Assembly: GCA_943704415.1 (NCBI GenBank)
Contig: CALSCO010001040.1
Span: 1-35,001, forward strand
DNA length: 35,001 nucleotides
Source of the DNA: Parvularia atlantis
Taxonomy: Eukaryota
Reading direction: 5' to 3'
Shown: piece after piece, positions 9,886-20,100 of the stretch
Layout: the number at the start of each line of letters is the position of its first letter
Numbering within the stretch: position 1 is the stretch's first letter
Made by a program: the position numbers and the translations under genes
Notes under the pieces: model-generated
Told to the model about the DNA's origin: nothing
What the model saw: the letters and a program-made list of their open reading frames with translations, nothing else
The model's database searches: none

Positions 9886-11214
9886 TTAGAAGCGTACAAT
9901 GTGGTCGGCATTGGCGTGGAACGACGGGCGCGGGAGGCGCCTGTAGTCGGGCTCGGCGCGACGCTCGAGGTACGCGTCGTAGACCTCCGCGGGCGTTCGG
10001 CCGCGCGTCATGACGTGGAGCAGCTGCGACGTGAAGCTCTCCTTGGAGTTGTTCGTGTCGACGGCGGCCTGCGCCACGCGCATGCCTGTGAGCCGGGCCC
10101 GCGCGGGGCTGACTGAGCGCGAGCGCGCACCGAGCCCTTGGCGACCGCAAACAGGCTGAACTGCGAGATGGCCCACGACAGCTCGCCCGTGGCGCCCTGG
10201 GCGATGTCGTCTGCGCCGGCCCGGTCGATGAGGGAGTCGTTCGGTGAGACGACGTTGCGGCACGCGTCCACGACGAAGAACACGGCGCAGCGGTTGTGCG
10301 CGGTCTCGGGCACGCTGTCGTGGATCGCCTGGTAGATGAGCTGCGGTGGCGGCGTCAGCGACCCCGCGCGCGCACACCGAGCGTGTGCGCACGTGGAACT
10401 CGACCGTGGAGCTTGTCTCGTCGCCGTCGCTCGGGATGAGGTGCAGGCGCTTCTTGATGTAGCACGCGTGCCCGGCGTAGTACACGAAGAAGAGCAGGTG
10501 CTCGTCGTCATCGACCTTGATCTTGCCGCTCCCGAGCCAGTCGGTCGTGACCAACGTGCGCAGGCTGCCGTGGTTCAGCTGGCCACCGCTCTTGGCCCGC
10601 ACGTTCGCAGCGTCAAAGTTGAGCCTGTTGACGAGGTGCTCCTTCACGTTGTTGGCGTCCTTCACGGCGAAGTGCAGCGACGGCATCTTGGCGTACACGT
10701 TGATGCCGATGACGAGGGCGAGGCGCCGTGTGCGTGGCGGCAGCGTCGGTGCTGCGAGGTCGACCCTGGCCATCGCCTCGACGATCGCCACGTCACTACC
10801 CGAGGGCGCGGGCGTGAGCGAGGGCCGTCCGGACGCGGGCGAGGCCAGTCCCGACGAGCTGCGCGACACGGACGGCGACGGCGCAGGCGAGGGCGCGTTG
10901 CCGGGCGCCTCCCACACCCTCCACAGCGCCTGGGACGGCGAGTACGACGACTTGCCTGCCGCATCGTACTTCTGGAACAGCTGCCGATTGCTGAAGAGCC
11001 GGTTGACCTGCTTGTTATTCAGGTCGCGAGACAGGCCGTGCTTCGCAGCGTCGTTGTTGAGCGCGAGGCGCACGTCGCCGGCGTCCATCCTGTCGCTGCT
11101 CGCCACAAACAGGCCGCATTCGTGGATGCGCACGAGCAGCGTCTTCAGCTCGTCGTCGAGCGCGTCCGGCCCCAGGCCGAGAAGCGAAAGCCACGCGTCG
11201 GCACCGTGCGACAT
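9886..11214 (-). CDS. Caspase-like cysteine peptidase (clan CD, C14; para/ortho/metacaspase-type) with an N-terminal accessory domain
   Basis: Contains RRLALVIGINVY...LHFAVKDA, catalytic His in FFVYYAGHA (10468-10470), LIPSDG, catalytic Cys in FFVVDACRN (10260-10262), and FAVAKGSAAVD....SFTSQLL. Introns 10341-10392 and 10069-10130. Confidence 0.88.
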   Translation of the reverse strand: MSHGADAWLSLLGLGPDALDDELKTLLVRIHECGLFVASSDRMDAGDVRLALNNDAAKHGLSRDLNNKQVNRLFSNRQLFQKYDAAGKSSYSPSQALWRVWEAPGNAPSPAPSPSVSRSSSGLASPASGRPSLTPAPSGSDVAIVEAMARVDLAAPTLPPRTRRLALVIGINVYAKMPSLHFAVKDANNVKEHLVNRLNFDAANVRAKSGGQLNHGSLRTLVTTDWLGSGKIKVDDDEHLLFFVYYAGHACYIKKRLHLIPSDGDETSSTVEFHVRTRSVCARGVADAATAAHLPGDPRQRARDRAQPLRRVLRRGRVPQRRLTERLPHRPGRRRRHRPGRHGRAVVGHLAVQPVCGRQGLGARSRSVSPARARLTGMRVAQAAVDTNNSKESFTSQLLHVMTRGRTPAEVYDAYLERRAEPDYRRLPRPSFHANADHIVRF

Positions 11215-11230
11215 CCGGTGCCGAGCCCAC

Positions 11231-11242
11231 CGTGACGTCACG
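11231..11242. promoter_or_regulatory. Palindromic CRE-like element CGTGACGTCACG in the divergent caspase/vWA promoter
   Basis: Perfect 12-bp palindrome containing TGACGTCA, 16 bp from the caspase ATG. A second TGACGT half-site lies at 11259-11264. Function is inferred only. Confidence 0.4.
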
Positions 11243-11388
11243 CTCGCTTAGTCGGATATGACGTGCCACTTTTGCCACGCAAGCGGATTTGACGCTTCAA
11301 GAGCGCGTTGTGGTTGCCCCGCGCCCCTCACCTTCTCGCTCTCTCGCGCAGCGCCAGCAGCGACCTCTCAGCAAGCAAGCAACCAACC

Positions 11389-13373
11389 ATGGGCGGCGGT
11401 GTCGTGACGACCACGACCACGACGGTCGCGACGCCCGCGACGAGCGTGACGCTCACGGCGCACGCCAAGCACGAGGACTACCCGCACGACAGCGCACAGA
11501 CCGTGCTCGCGCTCGCGTCGATGCAGGCCGCGCTGTCGGAAGCCGTGCACTCGGGCAGCAAGCAGCGCGCGCCGATCGACGTCGTCTGCGTGATCGACCG
11601 CTCGGCCTCGGTGCGCGCTGTTGTTTGTTGTTGACATGTGGCATACGGCGGCGCTGACACGCGCGCACGCGCACTCACAGATGGCCGACCAGAAGCTCAA
11701 ACTGGTCAAGAGAACGATGGAGTTTGTGTTCCGCCAGCTGCGCCCCGTCGACCGCTTCTCGCTCGTCTCGTACGACTCGAACGTGACCTGCGACCTCGCG
11801 CCGACCGAGATGAGCCCGGCCGGCGTCGAACGGGCCAAGAGCGCCCTCACCAAGCTCAAGGTGGGCTCGTGCACGAACCTGTCGGGCGGGCTGTTTGAGG
11901 GCCTGACGCAGGTCGACAAGCGCGTCAACCCGGCCGCGGTGCGCGCGTTTGTGCCTCGTTCCGCCTCATGGTCGTGCTGACGCGCGTGCACGTGCGCAGG
12001 TGTGCTCGGTGCTGCTCTTCACGGACGGCCTGGCCAACGAGGGCATCCAGGACAAGACGGCGCTCAAGGAGGCGCTGACCAATCGCATGAAGCGCACGAC
12101 CGGCGCGACCATCTACACGTTCGGTGCCCCCCCCCCCCCCCCCCCCCCCCCGCGCGCCTTCTCGCCTCGGCTGACCGCACCCGCAGGCTTCGGCGCCGAC
12201 CACGACGCCGAGATGCTCCAGGGAATCGCCGCGTGCGGCAACGGCCTGTACTACTTCATCGAGGACATGGACCGGATCCCCGGCGCGTTCGGCGACTGTC
12301 TCGGCGGCCTGCAGAGCGTCGTGGCGCAGAACATCAAACTCGAGATTGTCGCGCAGCCCGGCACGACCATCACGACCGTGTACAACGGCAAGTACGCGAT
12401 GGAGGGTGCGCTGCCGTCGACGAGCATGGTCACGCTGCGGCTGGGCGACGTCTTCGACGGCGAGGTGTGTGTGTGCGCGCGCGTGTTTGCCGCTGTGCTG
12501 CCGTGCGGCGTGCGTCCTGACCGCCCGCTGCGCCGGTCCACCAGTCGAAGGACATCGTCATGCAGCTGTCCATCCCGCGCCTCGACGCGCCGCGCCCCGC
12601 GCAGTACGAGATCGCGCGGTTCCGCTTGACCTACTTTGACGTGAACGAGGCCGCCGACTGCTCCGCCGAGGCCGGCCTGCTCATCGTCCGCCCGCCCGAC
12701 GTCCCGGCCGAGCGCCCGATCAACGAGCGCGTCGAGATGCAGGCACGTCGCCGCTGCAGCAATGCAGCAGCCCTTCTCACCCACGCCACACGCACGCAGT
12801 ACGGCCGCGTACGCGCCGCCGAGGCGATCGAGGAGAGCCGCAAGCTGGCCGACGCGGGTAAGATGACCGAGGCGCGCTCGAAGCTGACCGAGGTGCGCGG
12901 CCTGCGCGCGCGGCGCAAGGGGGCAAGTGGCACTGACCTGCGCGCGCGCGCGCGCGGCCACAGGTCCAGGTCGAGATGCACGGCTTCAAGTCCGCCGCAG
13001 CGCCGAGGGTGCAGCAGATGGCGGCCGAGCTCGGCAACATCGGCGCGAAGATGGCCTCGGAGGACGTGGTGCGTGTGCCCGCGCTGCGTGCGTCGCTCCA
13101 GCGCACGCTCACGCCCGGTCGCAGTACCGTCAGTCGGGCAGGAACGAGATGGTCTCGCGCGAGATGGCGTACAGCCAGCAGCGCTCCAACAAGGCGTCCA
13201 AGTTCTCGTCCAAGCCCAAGCCCGCCGCCCCCGCCGTTCCTGGCAGCGCCAGCAGCAGCAGCTCCGCGCCTGCGCCGCCGGCCGAGCTCGAGGACGACGA
13301 CGAGGACGTGTTCGAGACCGAGGCCAAGAAGGCGTCCAAGAAGGCCGCGTTCAGCTTCGCCTTCCGCAAGTGA
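11389..13373 (+). CDS. von Willebrand factor type A domain protein (ITIH/VWA-Hint/WAV3-type vWA)
   Basis: Contains RAPIDVVCVIDRSASM (MIDAS DxSxS), GSCTNLSGGL, VLLFTDGLAN, TFGFGADHDA and GAFGDCLGGLQSVVAQ. Seven introns, including GC-AG 12743-12799. Stop at 13371-13373. Confidence 0.88.
12127..12151 (+). repeat. Intronic C25 homopolymer
   Basis: Run of C immediately after the GTG donor of a vWA intron. Confidence 0.9.
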
Positions 13374-13564
13374 ACGCTCTGTTCTTGCCTGTGCTGCTCT
13401 CGCGCTTGTAACTTGTTTGAAGTCTTGAATGTGACAAGGAGAAGGTCAGAGTGACGCAGCTCGCCGCGCCGGGTCGTCAGCCTGACAGTCCCGAGCATTC
13501 GCACTTCTGCTCGCCGTTGCCGTCGCCGCACTCGCGCGTCTCGTTCGCTCCTCTCTCCCTCGCC

Positions 13565-15030
13565 ATGGTCCGCGCGCCCATCGTCGCCGTCTTCGGCGCC
13601 AGTGCGTCCGCCGATCCGCACGCACGGTTTCAGTTCGACTGACTCGGATACGACTCGCACTGCCAGCCGGCGCCCAGGGCGGTTCAGTCGTGCACCACCT
13701 GCTCAACAGCGACCGCTGGCGCACGCACATCCGTGCGCTCACGCGCGACCCGGAGCAGCAGAAGGCCGCGGCGCTCAAGAGCAAGGGCGTGGACGTGGTC
13801 AAGGCGCGTACTTACCGCGGCTGCATCGGCTCGTTCAAGGCGTGCTGACCCGACCGCAGGCTGACCTCACCGACCGCGCGAGCCTCGTCAAGGCGCTGAC
13901 CAACGTCGACACGGTCTTCCTCATGACAGACTTTTACGACGAGTCCAACCGCGACGCAGGCGAGAAGAACCTGGCGGTGCTCGGTGTGCGCGCTCGACGC
14001 CCACCACCCGAGCGCGCGGTGCTCATTCCAGCGCGCGCGCAGCCGCCGAGGCCGCCAAGGAGGCCGGCGTCGAGAACATGATCTTCAGCAGCCTGGCCAA
14101 CATCGAGCGGGCGACGCAGGGCAAGTACGAGGTCGCGCACTTCACGGGCAAGGCCGTCGCCGCTGAGCAGATCGCGCAAATGGGCTTCACCAACACGGTC
14201 TTTGTACAGGCGCGCGCGCACCCGACCCGCGACGGCCGCGTGCGGGTGTTGACGGCGGTGGTGGCGTGCCCCGCAGCCAGGCTTCTACTGGCAGAACCTG
14301 CACTCGTTCGTCCTGCCCAAGCGCCAGCCCGACGGCTCGCTCGCGTTCATGCTCCCGTGCAGCAAGGAGACATGCGTGCCCGGCATCGACATCCGGTGCG
14401 TGCCGCGCGCCGTCGCTCGTCCGCCTCACGCGCCCCGCCACCGCACAGCGACTTTGGCGGCGTCGTGGCCAAGGCGCGCCGCGTGCCGGCCGTAGCGCGC
14501 GCGACCGTCTCACCCGCCCGCGCAGATCGTCGACGAGCCCGGCCGCTACAACGGCGACACGATCCCGATTGCAAGCGAGTCCACGACGATGGAGCAGATC
14601 GCGCAGGAGCTAGCCAAGGGTGCGCCGCGTGCGCACAGGGCGGCCGGATCGCTCACACGCGCGCGCCAGCCCTCGGCATCCCGACCACGTTCAAGACAAT
14701 CAGCGACAACGAGGCGCGCAAGTGCGGCATGATCGACGAGTTTGTGCAGATGGTGCGCCTGTGCGCTGCACCCTGCCGCGTGAGGCGTGACGTGTGCCGC
14801 GCAGTTCCGCGCGTTCGAGATGGTCGGCTACTACGGCGCCAAGGTCGACTTTGACGTGGCCCACTCGCTCTTCCCCGACCTCAAGAACTGGCGCGACTAC
14901 CTGGTGCGTGTGCGCGCAAGTGTGTCGCGCTGCACCCGGCCCCGGCTGACCCGTGCGCGCTCAGCTGAGCGTCAACCCCGAGTACGTGTTTGAGAAGGTG
15001 CTCCTGGGCGACCCCAAGGACAAGGCCTGA
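13565..15030 (+). CDS. NmrA-like (atypical SDR, NAD(P)-binding Rossmann) protein
   Basis: Contains IVAVFGATGAQGGSVV (after intron 13602-13666), IRALTRDP, GVDVVKADL, IFSSL, VAHFTGK and QPGFYWQN. It has three GC-AG introns. Stop at 15028-15030. Confidence 0.92.
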
Positions 15031-15125
15031 CGCGACGTGTGTTTTTGCTGCTGCTTCAATGAAATGCACAGTGCAGCACAGGGACACACTCACGGCAAAG
15101 CTCACGGCGCGGCACGGGGCGTCTA

Positions 15126-16676
15126 CTACGCCTGCCGACGCTGCGCCAGCAGAGCCGCGAGGCGGTCGTTCTCGGCCATGAGCGCTGCGGCGACCTGCGG
15201 CGCGCGCACGCACGCGTGAGCCCCGCTGCGGCACTCTGCGCTGCGCACGCACGATGTGCGCTGGCACGTAGTTTGTGCTTGTGGGCGGCTCGAGGAACGA
15301 GAGGTTGTACAGGCCGGCCTTCCTGATGTCCTCGGCCAGTTTCTGCGTCGCCGGGTCAGCCTCGGCGCGCAGTCGAGCGCAGGTAGCGGGCGCTGCGCAC
15401 CGCGGGCGACGCGTAGAGCGTGTCGTCGCCGACCAGCACCGGCAGCTTCTCGTCGTGCACGGTCTCGATCACGTTCATCTCGACCGCGCCCGCGTCGGCC
15501 TTGCTGTGCTCAGTCAGGAGCGCGCGCAGTGGCTCAAACAGAGCGAGGTGATGGTCCTGCGCGCCCGTGCGCCGCGCGTCAGTCCACGCGTGCACGCCCC
15601 GCGCCGCGCGCCGCACCTCCATCTCCTCCTCCTCGGCCGCGTCGGGCTCCTGCACGTCCTCCTTGAACGTCTGCCCGCTCAGGTAGATGATCGCGCGGAT
15701 GATGGCCCAGGTGGCGTACGTGATGCCGGTGAACTGCAGCGGCCGGGGTCGCGGCGTGTCAGCGTGCGCGCGGCGCATGGCAGAATGCGTGCCTCGATCA
15801 GCAGGCACACGCGGAAGACGATCGGCAGGAACGGGATGGAGAGGAAGACGGTGGGGAACTTGGCCGCGAAGATCTGTGGCGAGATCTGGCCGAGGATGAG
15901 CACGAGGAACGAACCAAGGAGACCCTGCGTCGCAGCCGAGGATGTGAGCGGCCGGGCTGCGACGACGTGCGAGTTTGCGCACCGTCTCCAGCAGCGCCGA
16001 AAACACCCCCGGCAGGAACGGCAGGCTGCCGGCCTGCGTCGTCGTGAGGTACGCGAGCTGGAAGCCGCAGAGCACGACGATGACCTGGCGCCCGTTGAGG
16101 AAGCGCTCAACGCGCTGGCCGACCTTGGCGTACTGTGTTTCGCGCGCGCGCGCGCGCGTGCGTGTGTGTCTGAGTTACAACAAGAACGGGTGCGTGCGGC
16201 GCGCGGTACCTCGACCGTGGCGAAGGCGAGCTTGTACTTTTCCTTATAGAGCATCGGGTCGACCTTGCGCAGCTGCGTGAGGGCGATCATCGTGCCCTCG
16301 CACGTCCCGAGCAGGAACAGGAACACAAACAGAAGGAGGATCTTGCGTCGTCGGCGCCGTGTGAGGGACACGGCCCGTCGCCGCGGTGCAGGTGCGCACC
16401 TGCGCCCAGTTGGGCACGCCAGGGTAGAACGACGTCTTGTAGTAGACCATCGAGTAGATGACGATCGAGAGCGTGAAGAGCAGCAGCGCCGTCGACCAGG
16501 CGTAGCGGAACAGCTCGAAGGCGAAGCCCGCGAGCTTATCGGGGAAGCCACCGCGGGCTCAGCACGAGGGGGCAGCACGTCGCAAGGGCGGGGCCGGCGC
16601 GCACCCGCTTGGTCGTCTTCCACCACGCAGCGTCGGTCCAGGCCATGCAGGCTGAGCTTGTGCGATCTGCGTCCAT
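15126..16676 (-). CDS. Silicon-transporter-like (SIT-L) membrane protein, about 350 aa, 9 exons
   Basis: Spliced sequence: FRYAWSTALLLFTLSIVIY...LLFVFLFLLGTCEGTMIAL...VERFLNGRQVIVVLCGF...ETGLLGSFLVLILGQISPQIFAAKFPTVFLSIP...CLLIEFTGITYATW. The order EGx(Q) - FLxGRQ - GQxxxQ - IExTG in one roughly 5-TM unit is the SIT/SIT-L signature. An alternative ATG lies at 16646. Confidence 0.8.
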
Positions 16677-16684
16677 CGGGGTGC

Positions 16685-16716
16685 GAGTGAGCCGCGCCGC
16701 GCCCGCGCCTTATAAG
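16685..16716 (-). promoter_or_regulatory. TATA box plus initiator-like element upstream of SIT-L
   Basis: The minus strand reads CTTATAAG (palindrome 16709-16716), then about 20 GC-rich bases, then CTCACTC (Inr-like), just upstream of the ATG at 16676. Confidence 0.55.
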
Positions 16717-17104
16717 AGTCGCGCCGCACCCCTTGGCGCGCGCGGCGCGACGACCTGCTGCGGCGGCGCTGACCTGTGCGCGGGGGGCGGCGGCGGCGCG
16801 GCGCGGGCTTGAGAACGGGGTACGCCGAAACGCGCCGACATGACGTCAAGGGCACGTGGCCGCGCCCAAGGGCGGCGGAGCGCGCGGCGCGCGTGGCAGT
16901 GGCAGGGGCGCCGGCCACGCGAGAGAGCGACAGAGCGCAGGAGGGCAGCGGGCGGCGTGTGGCCACGGCAGGGAGGAGGCACACGCGCGCCATGCAAACT
17001 GCAAGACGCGCGGACGGGAGGACGGGCCAAGGACGGCCACGTGGTCGATCGCCAACCGGTTCGTGCCAGCGCCCGATCGATCGCGCCCCCGGATCTTTTT
17101 CCTC

Positions 17105-20100
17105 TCACAACGCGCCTTTCTGCCGCCTGCCCTTGCCCTTTGGCCGCACAACCGACGTCGCCTTGAGGTCGGCCTGCTCCTGTTGCAGCTTCGGCCGGGC
17201 GAGGGCGCGCGCGTGAGACGGACGGCGGCGCGCGCTCCATCCGCGCACCATCGACTCGATGTTCTTGATGCGGGCATTGTACGCCGTGTCGCGCTCCTGC
17301 TGCTCGCCCTGGCGCACGGTCGCAAGGAACTGCGCGTCCTTGCGCAGCTCGCGCACGGCGCCCTTGAACTGCTTCTTGTGCTGCGCCTGCAACTTCTTGA
17401 GCTGGTCGTGCGCGCGGCGTCAGCACACGAAACGCAGCCGCCCCGTGGGCACCGCACCGTGTCGCGCTCCGGATCGCGGTCGCGCTTCTTCTTGCCGGGC
17501 TCGAAACTGCAAGCGTGCTGAGCGCGCACCGAGCAGGCGCGCACACGCGCGCACCGGTCTTCGATGCGCGGCGTGTACTCCTTCAGCGGCACGGCCTTGC
17601 GGCGTTGCATCTGCAGCGGGTACAGGCGCTTGTCGGCCTCGGCGCACACGCCCTCGATCTTGCTTCGCAGCGCCCCCAGCGTGCCCTGTGCGCGCGTACG
17701 CACTACTTGTCAGCGAGCAGCAGCGAGCAAACAACAAAACGCGCACGCACTCTGAGCGACTTGGGCAGGCCGCTCGGCAGCTCGGCGAGCACGGCAGAGA
17801 CCGGCGCGAGCACGGCGTGCAGTGCCGCGAACCCCGCGTAGATGTCGCAGAAGCGCTCCAGCAGGCCCGCCATCGACCGCACGAGCGCCAGCCTTCTCGT
17901 TAGACGTCAGCAGGCGCGCGCGTGCACAACGCCAGCAAGCGCGCACCGCTGGTCCATCTCGAGCGGTTCGTTGGCGGCTGCCCCCGACGTGAGCAGCTGC
18001 AGCGCCGACAGCGGCCGTCGCCGGTCCTTGCTCGCCGCGCAGGTCGGCAGGACGAGCGCGAGCGATTTGCGCAGGAACACGAGCGCCTCAGGGAAGAGGC
18101 GGCGCGCCTCCTGGTGCAGCTGGCAGAAGCGCGCGCGTGAGCAGGCACCAACGTGGGTGGGCGGTCGCACCTCGTACGCGATCGCGCAAAGGAACAGCCC
18201 GTGCACGGCGTCTCGCTCGGTCAGCAGCGGGCACCGCGTCAGCGCGCTCGCAATGTAGAGCCGCGCGGGCGACAGCACGGGGTGGCGCAGGTCCGTGGCC
18301 GGGAAGGCCTGGCCGAAGATGGTCAGGAGCACGAGCGTCGAGGGCGCGGACCACCCGCTGCCGTCGCCTGGTTGGTCCAGGCGTCAGCGGTCGGGCCTGC
18401 ATCGCACGCGCCAGGACGCACCAGAGGCACGACGCGCGATGCCCGGCGCGATGTCCTCGCTCCACGACTGCAGGCGCGCGCGGCACGTCTCGCCAGCCCA
18501 CGCAGGCATCTGCACGCGAGACAAATGTAGGCACGCTGCCCACGTGCTTGCACGCGCCAGGCGCACGCACCCCTGCCATCAGCTCGAGGATGTGCGGCGT
18601 GATGGCCTGCACGTGGTCGAGCGCGGGCGGGCAGGCGTCGCACGCGTGCGCGACGTGGTCCAGCAGCACCGCCAGAAGCAGCTGTGCGCGCAGCATCGGT
18701 TGATCGTCAAGTGTCGTCGGCAGCTCGCCAGCGGAGCGCACCTGCAGCTTCTCGCGGTTGCCCGCGCCCAGGCTGATGTGGTGCAACGTGCGCAGCCGTT
18801 CGACCGCCGTGTGCACCTCGTCAGCCGACCGCCCGTCCACGACCGCGAGAAACTCGGCGTGCGTCTGGGGCGCGGCGAGCACGTACGGCAGCTCGCTCTT
18901 GGCGGCCTCACGCACGCGCTTGGCTGCACATGCGAAGCGTGAGCGCGTGTTGGTGGCACGAGTCGCGTCACTCTCACCGCTGGCTGCCTCGCGCTGACGC
19001 CGCGCCTCGAGCGCCGCGCGGTCCGGTGCCGGTGCAGACGCAGCAGACTTGGCGGGGATGTCGAGGTCGTCCAGATCGCCGTCCAGCTGAAAGACGGCGT
19101 CCTCCTCGCCATCATCGCCATCCTCGTCCTCATCCTCGCCGCTCTCGTCGTCTTCCTCGGCCTCCTCAGCATCATCATCCTCGCCGCTCTCGTCGTCTTC
19201 CTCGGCCTCCTCAGCATCATCATCCTCGTCGCCGTCCTCGTCGTCTGCCGGGTCGCGCGCGAGCGGCACGTGCTTGTACTCTTGCCCGTCGCTACAACGT
19301 CGCGCGTTCAGACGGCGCATGCGGGTCGAAGGCACGAGACGCACACAAACAGCCGCCCGTTGACGTAGGCGATCGGCTGCCGTCCCTTGCGCTGGTTCAC
19401 CTCCGGCTCGACATTGCTCTCGAGGTCGTCGCCAGAGAAGCCCGCGCGCAGCTGCGCACAGCCTTTTAGCGAGGCGGGCGCGGGCCAAACAACGAGCACA
19501 CCTTCTTCGTGCGCCGCCCGATGCCCGCGTCGTCGTCATCCTCGCGATGCAGGTTGCCGTCCAGGTCGCCGTCGTCGTTGTCGCCGGTGCCGACGCCGCG
19601 CATGCGCCGCAGACGTTCGCGCTCGAGCTCCTCAAGCTTCTGCCGTGCCTCAAGCGCGAGCTCCTCGGGCGTCTTGAGGCGGTTGGTTGGGCGCGCGCGT
19701 CTGTACGCGTGGCGCGCGCGCCGTGAGCACACGCAGTCGCAGCTCGGGAGCGCGCGCGCGCACGTGTCAGCCGCGAGCATCTGGATAATGCTGTCGTAGT
19801 CGGCGCCTGCACTCGCGTCCTCGTCGTCGCCGTCGTCGTGGCCGTCCTGCTCGTCCGCAGCCCGGCGCGCGCGGTGGTCACGCGTCTCGCCCGGCGTCAC
19901 CGTCGGCAGCAAGTCACGGATCTGCTTGAGCTCCTCGTCAAGCTTGTCGATCATATCGGCGTCCTCCATCTTGGCCTTGAGCCGCTCGTTCTGCCGTCGC
20001 GCGCGCCCGCGCGTTGAGCCACAGTACCGGCTTGCGGCACGGCGCGCACCTTGTAAAACTTGCTCTTGGAGATGACCTCCATCATGATCTCGCGTTTGGA

